From positions 1 through 64,000 of the IMG/VR virus record IMGVR_UViG_3300032229_000533: 64,000 bases of DNA. One strand, given 5' to 3'. Position numbers and translations under genes: made by a program. How positions within the stretch are numbered: the first letter of the stretch is position 1; each line of letters begins with the position of its first letter. The notes under the pieces are model-generated. The model was not told the origin of the DNA. It saw only the letters and a program-made list of their open reading frames with translations, and did no database searches. Source of the DNA: a virus. Positions 39,801 through 48,927 of the stretch are shown piece by piece.

Positions 39801-41506
39801 AACCCAAGACCTGTAGACGAGTCTTCAATCTTTTTAGCCAAATCTGCGGTTATCGCCGTTTCATATTCAGATAACTTTTTATTGGCCTCGGTTTCCATCT
39901 TTGATATTAAATTTTGAAATTCATCAAATATAAACGCACCTGGTTTAACCAAATTCCCAAACAGATTTTCAAATGTAGTATTAGAAGTGTCCTTTTCTAA
40001 AGTTGGTTTAAAACTTTTTTCTAACAATAACAAAACAGCCTTAGTGTCTGCTGTTGTTGGTGATAAAATACCTGTTTGTGATGTTGTTGTTTTAACTATG
40101 TCTATTTCGGTTGGCGCAACTTGTTTAACCATAGTATTATATGTTATACTATTTTTAATTGGTGTTTTACTTAACGTACCTAAAGTTGGGTTAGGTCCCA
40201 AAACATTAGCATTAAAATCAACAGTATACGCACTTAATAAACTTTTAGCTTCTTCTTTTTTTGTGGGATTATCAATAAACTCTTGTTTGAAAATATAAAC
40301 TTCTTGATTAGTCCCTTTTAGTATTATTGGGTTTGGATTCATGTATGTATTAAACCAAGAATCTTTATTACCATAAATTTCATTATAATAATTTTTTAAA
40401 CCTTCTTTATAATTTCTAATGTTAGTTAATGGTTCAATAATAACTGGCGGGTATGCATTTTGGATTGTTTGTTCAAAGGTTTGTAATTGATTCATTAATT
40501 GAGCAACTGTCCATTCGGGAAAATCTGGACTAAGTAACCCTTTAGCCTTATACTCACTATAAACTTCAGTAATTTTTTGATAACCTTTTTCAGCAACTAA
40601 TTCACTTGTAAGATTATCTGTTGATATTGTAGATTGCCTTCCTGACGCTCGGTCAACCACACCTAATTGAGATTGAATGTTTGCGTTTCCCGCCCCTTCA
40701 GGAGATGTTGGTGATTTTGAAACACCAAAGGTTGTACTATACATATGTGGCGTAGCAAATAAACTACCCATTGAAATTTCATTTAAAATGTTGAATTTGT
40801 ATCCAACAAACTCTAACGTTATTTGGTAGTTTCCACTAAACGTGTTGAATCTAGCATTAAATGTTTTAAGATTTAATTGATATCTAATTGCTTGTCCGTA
40901 ATATCCTTTAAGAGTTAAATAAAAGGGGCAATAGGGTAAATTAAAAAATGCCGAATATGGTGAATTATTCCCTAATTGGAACAGCGCTCTTCCTTGAATA
41001 TCCTCCAATTCCATTGTTACTTGTGGTACAAAAGACGAATTAGTTTTAACTGAAATACTTGTAATACCTAATAACCCATTGTCTGTCGCAGTTTGGCCAG
41101 GATTGTTAACGGTCATTTTTGAATATGGTTTGGTACCATTTTTTGGGTCAATGATTTGTTCGGCCATTTGGTTTACACCTAAACCATTTCTTGAATTTTT
41201 ACCAGTTAATTCATCATAATAACCAGTAGTTAAATTAGTCCCCTCGGTAGGTCTTAAGAAGTTCATCTTAGCAACAGATAGAATTCTAATCCTATCTTCA
41301 GGACTACCTCCCACAGATAATTTTGTTCTTGGCACAACTTCAGCTTCAAGATTAGCATACATCACCAAATTTTCATGGTCAACCAATCTTTCACGAATAT
41401 TTCCAAATGCATCAATGGTTTTATTAGGGTCAACCACAATAATGTTATTGTAATCAAACTCTACTAAAATATTACCACTGTTATCTCCTTGTACGTTACC
41501 TGCCAT
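33860..41506 (-). CDS. Giant baseplate hub (gp27/VgrG-like) fusion with lysozyme-like and IPT/TIG domains, 2548 aa
   Basis: N-part LLGITSISVK...VTMELEDIQGRALF; hub-type C-part CSVVCLGNALLQPTMYF...YFITEVDHNITQGSFQTTFKGTR; IPT/TIG PTITSFSPLTGVSGTILTIVGKNL. Follows a LysM-like gene. Confidence 0.65.
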   Translation of the reverse strand: MAGNVQGDNSGNILVEFDYNNIIVVDPNKTIDAFGNIRERLVDHENLVMYANLEAEVVPRTKLSVGGSPEDRIRILSVAKMNFLRPTEGTNLTTGYYDELTGKNSRNGLGVNQMAEQIIDPKNGTKPYSKMTVNNPGQTATDNGLLGITSISVKTNSSFVPQVTMELEDIQGRALFQLGNNSPYSAFFNLPYCPFYLTLKGYYGQAIRYQLNLKTFNARFNTFSGNYQITLEFVGYKFNILNEISMGSLFATPHMYSTTFGVSKSPTSPEGAGNANIQSQLGVVDRASGRQSTISTDNLTSELVAEKGYQKITEVYSEYKAKGLLSPDFPEWTVAQLMNQLQTFEQTIQNAYPPVIIEPLTNIRNYKEGLKNYYNEIYGNKDSWFNTYMNPNPIILKGTNQEVYIFKQEFIDNPTKKEEAKSLLSAYTVDFNANVLGPNPTLGTLSKTPIKNSITYNTMVKQVAPTEIDIVKTTTSQTGILSPTTADTKAVLLLLEKSFKPTLEKDTSNTTFENLFGNLVKPGAFIFDEFQNLISKMETEANKKLSEYETAITADLAKKIEDSSTGLGFKPTVRNICAVIMASAEGFIRLLDEVHTKAWNVKYDPVRKNAILDNPSSAQGTDTEGNVKITNAAQSDNQGLVNGQIPVYPWPQFFVETPEDKKGRFQLKYIADPSVVNLTKGYLYDKWPEVEFVEEYMKGLTQKFNLPITQPPIDSQNTTNIINVNAIEYPSEGIAYVNKEEIKFFYEIWERQFLTSNYSGFIRANNNQIDQLTKLIVSAETNNIVTGLGVSSPFLTLKLKNYNITAQNYPTFLSNISNQGTGRAYQDYLRDFFVTPYIRNLTQNSFNILSLTDLGKEPQTTTNSDGLLQLTKSVTNDPLIIDTYPFTDPTWVSKNMANSVNNTKNSVYNTNRVLTVFEDRDVISNFNSVYDYSKNRPVTNFSYLNVSNPVNQITSIGLDGFYLIRKDPKYFIPTEGYVNYISPSKNISVETTTSMLNTPYFVNAIQNGVNNWRRKDPYPYTQAAYLFINSLPLASLKEKYKTNGASSDLDYIASCFKKFGAIHKMPYAWVLKMGSVWYRYKTYVNSNLDILDSAWKDFSYKTNFDPITSSDTKTYTFKFNGVNKITLQSSASNIVKLQTGFYPKVINDFNVFYNGYDLYSGYTDTEIQASIDNGVKVYNFTDSNINAQSITYPLTSSSVFSTIQTWSVILPNNVEDLSNECNPNNNTTAVKYYVVPSFGSQINQVKNECLVGNIPVCPFIDNPSIYNGSVRLLWSSPNYGYFKNTEISKPQPNSYVNKIETGTKQQSPFKLLMDGDYSKIEEIFSVFDKTILDKFEQEFLNFCKPVANIDLGPQLFVPIGVSPVDQNALFKNFQYLFRNLMEIEGKGDSVTIGEYFKTIGESQLTIFSNIIKSFLEYDVILKYGNPAEYDRRVMASYLTQGNGEYPIQDPINFAPYIKDSLPSRTNTITLALSKSRYPQAWLSLETEVGFSTIENLIYDNNGSYITDFFIDNNIEFTSDNVVLLAPIIKMYATQKLFNPNLSPTVFKNSLETYLGLTSQFQNNILNQILTKVRNNLPDQQQLPERVIKSTIDGQQSKVENYEVFKGLNDKWIAGSDYISKTLFEDFMFLDRASRNIGDTIIIDIFDLKNILSENSINMEMSVFTFISGLLIKNKFNVMPLPAYVNFYNIQDVDGTTIPQPEGKLEFADNMWGTFLDVDYRKSGPKMICFYAGQPSTHLDLPKGNSRFRDDAFELRRASDNPLIEDPAGKKDYAVSNKCVGFNVDVGIRNQNIFYSLQVGMDGGRATSESVQTQLNMVDQASGRNVATQNVSLYNLYKQRSYQCSVVCLGNALLQPTMYFNLRHVPMFNGPYFITEVDHNITQGSFQTTFKGTRQGIYDLPSIDNYLQSINQNLLSKIEAIIKTKKDDVSGKAITNIDKAKYVSQTGNSTAAAQNSCSSNLAPAYSTWGDVQTATTHGLTPVEFVRELEKKTNNPDLQVLIYMICYAKTFNENKFYDFNNNYANVTLTNDYGASGGFFSPKKYSCVNIPNLTGKDTSQPVANFDTIGKFFDFMISKLSANVSRVFGATTGLGITKYYVCYWPVAGVTEEYFDSHISEFKTLEARFNQAFKSAGEAGLNVEATTTLKNQTKLQKKKIADTYAGVTPLPNNLNTTTTVVPPCPPPTITSFSPLTGVSGTILTIVGKNLDEVTGVTINNVTTTTGITINSAFNIAIVVPRSNTTVAQTNPIVLRGTYGNGTTLSGFTYNPAQVSPTPSNPSNSNNQPQQTGPVTLDGNTTSNPNGSTSTLTVGVNPKAASTNTWTLQQNVKMIISVYDNNVVNNVKTETLNRTIETTTSSYVSSNTFTITYDNVQSMLITNPINEFKTTPVTSSQTVKIKFELTAVPTDKTKNPQNVQQSFNFTFIPTPSTTPTFPEVALSITSEGTNTNITGNGFEYFNIQKPDNSGYVTFRFNAPGFQDQDYADRYFIDSTGERAAVEGRGGASTNYTFVYNIKGKGEFRLVVKYRPYGFKSPVGGQVLVQTVTGPPFTL

Positions 41507-41819
41507 AATAATAGAAATAATTATCTAATGACGCTTTATAGTCTTGTAATGAAGGTAGTAGAGGATAAGGAATAATCAATACCGCACCATCATATATATA
41601 ATTTTCCAACCCACCAAACTCAGGATTTGCCTGTAAAATTAACCACCCAAAATACGGAGAGTTATAAAATTCTTGGGAAACAATGTCTAACCTACTTCTA
41701 CCAACTTTATATATGTAAGTCTTATCTGTTGTCTTTTGTGGTATGTTAACAAAAGGGACAACGGTTTGTTCTCCATTAATTAAAAATTCATTATATCTGT
41801 TCGAATATTGATACGCCAT
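41496..41819 (-). CDS. LysM / tail-X / gp53-like baseplate protein, 107 aa
   Basis: TYIYKVGRSRLDIVSQEFYNSPYFGWLILQANP...LIIP pattern. Confidence 0.8.
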   Translation of the reverse strand: MAYQYSNRYNEFLINGEQTVVPFVNIPQKTTDKTYIYKVGRSRLDIVSQEFYNSPYFGWLILQANPEFGGLENYIYDGAVLIIPYPLLPSLQDYKASLDNYFYYYGR

Positions 41820-44800
41820 TAGTTAAGTTTCGCTTTAGATATAAATACGTTTGCAGGATTTTCATCATTCCACGTTTTATTATTTGTGTTTTGGTTTTCA
41901 ATCCAACCTAAACCTTTTATTAATTTTTGTTGAGCATCCGTGTTTGCGTCAACAGTAGTATAAGTAAACGTTCTTTTCTTTTTAAGATTAAATGGAGTAT
42001 ATTTTAGGAAGTCTTTTAATCTATCCTTTTCCATAGAATCAATAAACGCTTTAGTAATATCATTTTCCTCAACAAATACAGGTTTAGCTGTCTTATCCCA
42101 ATAAGCATCAAAAGCGGTACTGATATCACCTGAACTTTTACTTGTTAATGCAGTATTATTAAGTATATTACCAATTAATGCATTTTTAAATGTTTCATAT
42201 TTTTTACTATCGGTAACATCATTAGAAACAATCATATAAACTCTTCTAAAAATATAACCATTAGTATTACTATCAAATAATGAATTAGTACTAAATGGTG
42301 TGAAAACTTGTTCTGTCGGAAACTTGTAATTTGGTGGGAAAACTAAAGTACCTTTATAAGATTTACTGTTGTATGTAAAAGTATTTGAACTCCATATAAT
42401 ATCGTTAAATTCAGTGATACCACTTTTTATTTTTTTAACATCATTAATAAGCTCAGTCATAGTATTTGTAACACCTTGTGAACTTGGGTCCACCTCTGTT
42501 GTCCCTGATATTATATATGAAATAACTTTTCCGTCTTTTATTTGATATCCATCGGTACCTGTATTTGAATATGCGGGCACATTATATGATATTGTATTTA
42601 CCCTTCCAATGTAACCTATATAACTTTGTTGAACTGATACCATGCTATTTGTTATGTTAGTAACAGCACTTTGGAATGAACTTCTTTTGTTTTTAACAAA
42701 ATTTGAATAATTTTCTTGTACTTGGTTAACAAGACGATTTGAAAAATTGTTAGATTTCTTAAGTTCACTAATAAATCCTTCGTCCCCATTCTTAATGTCT
42801 TTTTCTAACTTAGCAAAAATATCATCGGTTCTTTTTTCTAAATTGTAAGGTTTACCAAATAAAATTGTCTCACTGTCTTTAGTTAATGTAAATTTACCAT
42901 CTTGATAAGTTCTTTCCATCATCCATTGTTGACGAACAGCATTATTATATTGGTTTACAGTTTCCTTATTTTTATTAACAACATTAGTAAAATAGGTTTG
43001 AGTTTCTCCAACCACTTTATCCATAAACTCACTATAATTAATAGTCCCTGTTTGACCACTACTATTAACAACATTACTAGTTACTGTTCCAATTGGTTTG
43101 TCATTACTTTGACCGTTATTAGGAGCTGTCTGATTTATAGTTGGGGGAGCAACGTTCCTTGGAGCTAATTTTAAGAATTGAGCATCAATAACTTTATAAC
43201 TTAAATCGGTAGCATCGGCTCTGTCGTCATATATTTCAGTATTTGCGTAGTAATTGAATGTTAAAGCATTTTGTAATTTATCTACAGATTCTTTTAATCC
43301 GCTACCACCAACAAAATTAAACCCTAATGTAATATTTGCAATCATAGGTTGAACCCCGATACCCTCAGGATTTATATCTAAATTTTCATATTGAATAGAT
43401 AAATTATTCGGAATAATCTTTGTATTGTAAAAATCTCCAACTCTTAAAACTAACACAGGTGGAGCACCAAAAGATGTGTTTGTTGCATCGTTATATACGG
43501 GTGTTGGTGCACCGTCAATAGTTTTAATTGTTGGTATTGTATCGCCAGGTCTCATACACTGTTGTAAAAACGTTAGTCTTGAATTAAGACCTTCTGGTGT
43601 AATTGAGTGGAATGCTGGTTGAAAGAATTTTAATTTGTCTCTAAGGTTATCGTAAACCATAGGGGTTTCCTCTTTAATTGTTTCAAAATAATCACACTCT
43701 GACAATAAAGAACGTAAAATTCTTTTACTTATATTATCTCTATCAACTATTTTTTGTTCAATTACAGGCACTGTTTCTGTTTTTGTAACAACATTTCCTG
43801 TTATAACAGTAGTATCTTTTGGTGTTGCTACTGCTTTAGGTGCCTTTAATGTTGATTGGATATTAGAAATATATGCCCTTCTACACGCCATTGCGTTTGT
43901 TGTGTAGATTTCTTTATTTAACGCTTGACTGTTACCATCGTTATCTCCACAAGAAACACTACTCCCTGGTACAAAAGTTTTAGTTTTTTCGTCAAATTTC
44001 ATTACTTGAGCATTCTCACCACGGCCTTCACCAATTTTAACAATTAAATTTGTTCCAACATATGGTTTCATTCTAGTATCACCTGTAATGAATATTGCCG
44101 CGGAATTAATTCTTTTGGCCGATAAAATATTATTGTAAGCTTGTTTAGCTGCGGGTGAAGTACTACTATCAATTGTAATTGTTACCGTACCTTCTATATT
44201 ACCTTCAGCGTTTTTACTATTTATAAATTCTTTTTCTAACGCAGTAATTAAAGTATCAAGTTTTTGTTTATTAGATATAACAACACTATCAAAAAACGAA
44301 CTTGTTTGACCTGAAGTTGTTGGAGATAATTTTTGATAATTTTCTTTTTTTGAGATATAAGTATCATACAACGGAGTAAACGGTTGGTTAAACTCTAACG
44401 GTCTATCGTTATCAAAATAAAATCCAACATTTTCAAATGTCTTAAGTGTTGATTCAGGTGCTCCACCAGTTCCCGTATCACTAGATAGGTCAGGAGTTGT
44501 TTGGATTGTACTAATTGTATACTCTAATTGTTCTTTAGTTAATTCTTTTGATGAAATCGCCTGTTGTATTTCAAATAAATCATTAGGGGATATTTTATAA
44601 TATTTTTTTGCAAGTTCATATAAATCATACTTTCTACATCCCGCAAAAAATGATTCCAAAATACTATCAACTCTAACTTTATTTGTTTCATTTGCCAACA
44701 CTTTATTAACAATAACATTTAAAACAGACGGATGGTCAACAACTATTTTCCAAGTTAAACTACCACCTCTATTGGTATTTTTATAAGTGTATATTGGTTC

Positions 44801-46843
44801 TGGTCTACCTATAAATTCATTAGCATTCCAATTGGCTGTAACGGTTTCACTAAAAGTTAAACCATAAGGCGGGAACCACATAACCCTACCTCCGTTTGGT
44901 CCTCGTTCACAAACAGGTAAATCCGCAACGGCAAATCCTGGTGTGTTTGAAGTCGCCCACGCTAAATTTTCAAGTGAGAACATATATTTTTTAGCATATG
45001 CATTATTATAAGTTCCAATTAAATTGGTTGAGTCCTGTCCACCCTCTTGTTTGTTTGGTGCGATGTTAAGATTATATGTCTTGTCTAATACTGAATACGA
45101 AAATCTTCTACCTTCGGTTACAATACCATCAGTTTTTTGAAGGTCATTATATTGAAGATATGGTATATCTTTAGCAAATACTCTACAATACTCGGTTCCA
45201 ACTTCTTGTCCAATTGAACCAGTATATCTAATAACCCTTGAACCTTTAGTTAATTCTTTATAACCATCATGAAACACTTTACTAACTTGGTCAATCGCAT
45301 TACCAACGTGTTGTAATCTTTTACCCCCTTGTGGTTGACTATCAATAATTCTTTGAGTGTCATCAAGGATTGAACCTTGTTTAAATTTTCTTTCGGTTGA
45401 CTCGGTTGAATTGTATGATGAAGGTTTAAAGTCTTCGTCTTGGTTTAATATAACCCCACCAACACCTACTTTTTTACCCGCATTTCCTTTGTATTTTGGA
45501 GACACCCAAGTGAATCCACCTTCAACACCACCACCATTACTATATGTTGGACCATTAGCACCTAATCGAACATCCTTACTTGGACCTTCATATAATTGAG
45601 CCAATTCTTGTGGACCAAAAACAGGTGATTGCTGTTCATTACCAAAAGCATCTACGGGTAACGCTCTACTTGGTGAGAATACTCTTGATGGGTCTGATGT
45701 TGTTGAACCAATATAAAAGTTAGCGTTGTTTGTTTCGGTACCTACAATAGCCCCGCCCAATCTGTCAAGTAATGTTCTGTCGTAATTTGGTTTGTACCTA
45801 TTGTAGTTAATGTTTTTCCACAATATAGATTTTTGACCCGCACCTGTATTATTATAGAATATTTGTGAGCCAGTCTTACCAGCCCCTAATAAATTACTAA
45901 CAAAGTTACCTACGGCAGCAAGTGGATTCCCCAACAAAGCCTGTCCGATTGTTGTTGGCTGACCTGGATTAATATTTGGGTCAAAGTATGAGCCAGGTAT
46001 TAATGAAAACGGTAAAAGACTACCACCTAATCTAAGCCCAAAATCCGCAGCCGCACTTATAGGGTTAGCAGGGACTGTAATCTGATAATTAGGTTCAATT
46101 AACGGAACTCTACCTGTTAAAATATTAACAAGATTGGTACTACTATTAACATTTAAAAAGTTAGCACGACCAACCGTTTCTCTAATAATCGCTCTACCAA
46201 TTCTTTCTTCAAATTCTCTTTTAAGTGTTTTTGCACCTAAACGAGCAATAAATGAATCTTGACTTAATAGTCCATTACTACCTGTTGGGTCAGGGCTTAA
46301 TAAAATTGATAGTGGACGATATGAAGAAGGATTAAAAGTTGTTGGATACGGTTGATTATTATATAACTGTCTTACACCACCAGGAAGTGTGCTTGATATT
46401 GTGTCTGGCGTTGTAATATAAACACCAGCATCATATTGTTCTAAACCTCCATTACCAAACGCATTAACGGCCAAATACGGTACAGTAATACCGTTAAAAC
46501 CTGTTTGTGCCGCAATCTTAGCTTGGTCAATAATATGAGCGTCTTGTTGACCAGGACCATATTCACCTTTATTTGATACAGTATTTAAGTTTCCACTGAT
46601 ATCAGGTACTAGTTTGTAACCTCCGTCATTACCCCACTTATTAAGTGGATATTGTTTATCCGCAAAAAAAGTTGTATCAATAAGACCGTCAGGACTATCA
46701 ATTACAGATAAGTCTGATTGAATTATTTCGTAAGTTGTTGGGGGCGTAACTTTAGTAGGGGACTTAGCATAAGGTACTAAATTCCTTGTTATAAGTTTTT
46801 TTCTAAACCCTTCTGTGCTTATATAATCTAATGGACTACCCAT
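41819..46843 (-). CDS. Tail tube initiator-like protein (two gp48/gp54-like tube-fold segments flanking an OmpA-like domain), 1674 aa
   Basis: FPPYGLTFSETVTANWNANEFIGRPEPIYTYKNTNRGGSLTWKIVVD; APPVLVLRVGDFY...PMIANITLGFNFVG; FYFDND...SSTS...YNNILSAKRINS. Lies between the tape measure and LysM genes. Confidence 0.62.
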   Translation of the reverse strand: MGSPLDYISTEGFRKKLITRNLVPYAKSPTKVTPPTTYEIIQSDLSVIDSPDGLIDTTFFADKQYPLNKWGNDGGYKLVPDISGNLNTVSNKGEYGPGQQDAHIIDQAKIAAQTGFNGITVPYLAVNAFGNGGLEQYDAGVYITTPDTISSTLPGGVRQLYNNQPYPTTFNPSSYRPLSILLSPDPTGSNGLLSQDSFIARLGAKTLKREFEERIGRAIIRETVGRANFLNVNSSTNLVNILTGRVPLIEPNYQITVPANPISAAADFGLRLGGSLLPFSLIPGSYFDPNINPGQPTTIGQALLGNPLAAVGNFVSNLLGAGKTGSQIFYNNTGAGQKSILWKNINYNRYKPNYDRTLLDRLGGAIVGTETNNANFYIGSTTSDPSRVFSPSRALPVDAFGNEQQSPVFGPQELAQLYEGPSKDVRLGANGPTYSNGGGVEGGFTWVSPKYKGNAGKKVGVGGVILNQDEDFKPSSYNSTESTERKFKQGSILDDTQRIIDSQPQGGKRLQHVGNAIDQVSKVFHDGYKELTKGSRVIRYTGSIGQEVGTEYCRVFAKDIPYLQYNDLQKTDGIVTEGRRFSYSVLDKTYNLNIAPNKQEGGQDSTNLIGTYNNAYAKKYMFSLENLAWATSNTPGFAVADLPVCERGPNGGRVMWFPPYGLTFSETVTANWNANEFIGRPEPIYTYKNTNRGGSLTWKIVVDHPSVLNVIVNKVLANETNKVRVDSILESFFAGCRKYDLYELAKKYYKISPNDLFEIQQAISSKELTKEQLEYTISTIQTTPDLSSDTGTGGAPESTLKTFENVGFYFDNDRPLEFNQPFTPLYDTYISKKENYQKLSPTTSGQTSSFFDSVVISNKQKLDTLITALEKEFINSKNAEGNIEGTVTITIDSSTSPAAKQAYNNILSAKRINSAAIFITGDTRMKPYVGTNLIVKIGEGRGENAQVMKFDEKTKTFVPGSSVSCGDNDGNSQALNKEIYTTNAMACRRAYISNIQSTLKAPKAVATPKDTTVITGNVVTKTETVPVIEQKIVDRDNISKRILRSLLSECDYFETIKEETPMVYDNLRDKLKFFQPAFHSITPEGLNSRLTFLQQCMRPGDTIPTIKTIDGAPTPVYNDATNTSFGAPPVLVLRVGDFYNTKIIPNNLSIQYENLDINPEGIGVQPMIANITLGFNFVGGSGLKESVDKLQNALTFNYYANTEIYDDRADATDLSYKVIDAQFLKLAPRNVAPPTINQTAPNNGQSNDKPIGTVTSNVVNSSGQTGTINYSEFMDKVVGETQTYFTNVVNKNKETVNQYNNAVRQQWMMERTYQDGKFTLTKDSETILFGKPYNLEKRTDDIFAKLEKDIKNGDEGFISELKKSNNFSNRLVNQVQENYSNFVKNKRSSFQSAVTNITNSMVSVQQSYIGYIGRVNTISYNVPAYSNTGTDGYQIKDGKVISYIISGTTEVDPSSQGVTNTMTELINDVKKIKSGITEFNDIIWSSNTFTYNSKSYKGTLVFPPNYKFPTEQVFTPFSTNSLFDSNTNGYIFRRVYMIVSNDVTDSKKYETFKNALIGNILNNTALTSKSSGDISTAFDAYWDKTAKPVFVEENDITKAFIDSMEKDRLKDFLKYTPFNLKKKRTFTYTTVDANTDAQQKLIKGLGWIENQNTNNKTWNDENPANVFISKAKLN

Positions 46844-46857
46844 TTATACTTTTATTA

Positions 46858-46864
46858 ATAAATA
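46858..46864 (-). promoter_or_regulatory. Putative late promoter TATTTAT
   Basis: 14 nt upstream of ATG 46843. Confidence 0.55.
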
Positions 46865-46891
46865 GGTTGATGGTGTTTTTTTGTTAGACAT

Positions 46892-48730
46892 TTATCTTCT
46901 TTCTAACTCTTTTGCTTTTTGATTATAGTATTCGTAAATTTTTCTTTTGAATTCATCTGATTCAAAAAATGTTTTAAATTGTTGTTCACTTACACCCGCA
47001 GGTGCGTCAACTTTAATTGTAATAGTACCACCAAAATCGACTTGCGAATTAACATTAGTTGTTTTAGTTTTTGTTTCTTTTGGTGTTGGAGTACTACCTC
47101 TACCAAAAACAGAACTTCTAGACAACGGTTCTGATTTTTGAGTACCTGAAATTGCAGATGTTTTACTTGTGGTTTCTGGAGTTCTTCCAACACCTGTTAA
47201 TATTTCTGATGTGTATTTTTTAAATTCTTTTTCAATTGCACTACTACCAGTAATTTTTTTATTACTTTCTTCTAAAATATCTTTTAAAGCCTCCATACCT
47301 TTTTCTCCATACGAATTTGCTTTACTTTTAATCTCGTCTTGAATTTTTTCTATTTTAGTTGCAAAGTCCGCGCTACTAATCTTACCAGTGTCTTTTTGAG
47401 TAAAAAGTTCCGCCATTTTACCCACAGCACTGTTAACACTTTTTGTTATTTCAGCACTTTCAGGTACGTTTTTATCAACAGCACCAGTAACCGCTCTGGT
47501 TATTCTATCAGCACCTAATATGTTACCTCTAACTACCGTAGAACCAGCAATACCAAAAGCCCCCTTAGCAAGATTAGAATCAAGAGATGCTTGTATATTT
47601 TTCAAAACATCTAATTGACTTATTTGTATTTCTTCTAAAGTTTTTGGGGCTTCTTCTTGTTGTTTCCTTAATTTTTCCATCTCTTCTTGGGTAATATCAC
47701 CTAATCTTTTTTGTTCAACATTACCTTTATCATCTTTAATTTGTACGACATACTCACCATCTTTCATTGTTGCCATATTAGCCAAAAACTGCTTATCTTC
47801 TTCGTTTTTAAAATTTAAAGATGGGCTAATAGCTGAGAGTCTTTTATCTAAATCGGCGGCCGCTAATGCGGTTTTTGCAAGGTCTTTTGAACTAATACCT
47901 GTCACTTGTTGCATTTCTTTTAACATTAAGATACCTTGTGGGTTTATCTTAAATGATTTTGTTTTTTCGTCAAATTCAGTATATTGTTTAGTTGCCTTTA
48001 TTATACTATCTTGTAAAGCACCTGGGTCATTAATTGAATCGTTCATTAACGCAAATGGGTCAACCAAGTTACCAATATTAACACCTAATCTTTGAAAACC
48101 CGCTGCCGCCTCAATAGCCTTTTCGGGACTCATTACATCATCCGCAAATCTGGCTGTATTTTGCATGTCAAACCTCAACATAGATGCTTGAGCAGCCATT
48201 TTGGTTAATCCAACTACCCCCTCACTGAAGTTGAATCTATTCATCAACTCCATGTTATCCGCAACATCTTTTACAACTGTTTTTGCATTAAGACCGACAC
48301 TTTGAACATATTCTATTGAATTTTCTAAATTTGGTCCAATTTGAGAAGTTTCATATCCAACGCTAGCAAACGCCTCAACTAAACTGCTCGCCTCCTTTCC
48401 AAGAATGGTTGACGCAGCATATAACTTACTAACTTGTTCTTCTGTTGCAATAACATTTCTTCTAGACCCCTCGGCAATTCCAATCATTGTTCGACTAACA
48501 TCAGAAATGTCACCACCTAAACGAATTACACCAGCAGCGGCTCTTGAAACCGCGTCATTCATTTCATCTAGTCTAGTTCTACCTTGTAGGAAAGCATTGT
48601 TTAACTTGTCCGCTTCATCGTACATGTTACCAATTGCATCTAATATTTGTTCAATAGGTGCTCCTAACTTTTCAAAACTTTTTTGAAGGTCTTCAATTTT
48701 TCCTTTATCGTCTGGATTATTACTCGCCAT
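46892..48730 (-). CDS. Tape measure protein (T4 gp29-sized), 612 aa
   Basis: Helical Ala/Lys/Glu-rich sequence directly after the tail chaperone and tube genes. Confidence 0.72.
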   Translation of the reverse strand: MASNNPDDKGKIEDLQKSFEKLGAPIEQILDAIGNMYDEADKLNNAFLQGRTRLDEMNDAVSRAAAGVIRLGGDISDVSRTMIGIAEGSRRNVIATEEQVSKLYAASTILGKEASSLVEAFASVGYETSQIGPNLENSIEYVQSVGLNAKTVVKDVADNMELMNRFNFSEGVVGLTKMAAQASMLRFDMQNTARFADDVMSPEKAIEAAAGFQRLGVNIGNLVDPFALMNDSINDPGALQDSIIKATKQYTEFDEKTKSFKINPQGILMLKEMQQVTGISSKDLAKTALAAADLDKRLSAISPSLNFKNEEDKQFLANMATMKDGEYVVQIKDDKGNVEQKRLGDITQEEMEKLRKQQEEAPKTLEEIQISQLDVLKNIQASLDSNLAKGAFGIAGSTVVRGNILGADRITRAVTGAVDKNVPESAEITKSVNSAVGKMAELFTQKDTGKISSADFATKIEKIQDEIKSKANSYGEKGMEALKDILEESNKKITGSSAIEKEFKKYTSEILTGVGRTPETTSKTSAISGTQKSEPLSRSSVFGRGSTPTPKETKTKTTNVNSQVDFGGTITIKVDAPAGVSEQQFKTFFESDEFKRKIYEYYNQKAKELERR

Positions 48731-48751
48731 AATTTACAATTAGTTTTATAT

Positions 48752-48758
48752 ATAAATA
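48752..48758 (-). promoter_or_regulatory. Putative late promoter TATTTAT
   Basis: Immediately after the terminator, 21 nt upstream of ATG 48730. Confidence 0.55.
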
Positions 48759-48759
48759 G

Positions 48760-48786
48760 AAGAAGGACTAAAATTTAGTCCTTCTT
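48760..48786 (-). terminator. Hairpin overlapping the stop of the chaperone extension
   Basis: AAGAAGGACTA-AATTT-TAGTCCTTCTT, an 11-bp stem followed by CTATTT; contains the TAA at 48775-48777. Confidence 0.65.
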
Positions 48787-48927
48787 ATTTTCCTCAATCC
48801 ATTTATCCAACAAATATTTTCTAACAAATATTGGCATTTGAATAAAATCTTGATATGTTATTTTCATTAAATTGTTCAGATAATAAAATTCATCTATCTG
48901 ACTTTTTCTATAATCAGAAGAAAGGGC
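48775..48927 (-). CDS. Shifted-frame extension of the tail chaperone (GT-like / gp51-like segment), 50 codons
   Basis: The +1 frame after UUU UUU C reads ALSSDYRKSQIDEFYYLNNLMKITYQDFIQMPIFVRKYLLDKWIEENKKD*. It fills the gap between chaperone and tape measure and is absent from the ORF track. Confidence 0.75.
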   Translation of the reverse strand, partial: ALSSDYRKSQIDEFYYLNNLMKITYQDFIQMPIFVRKYLLDKWIEENKKD

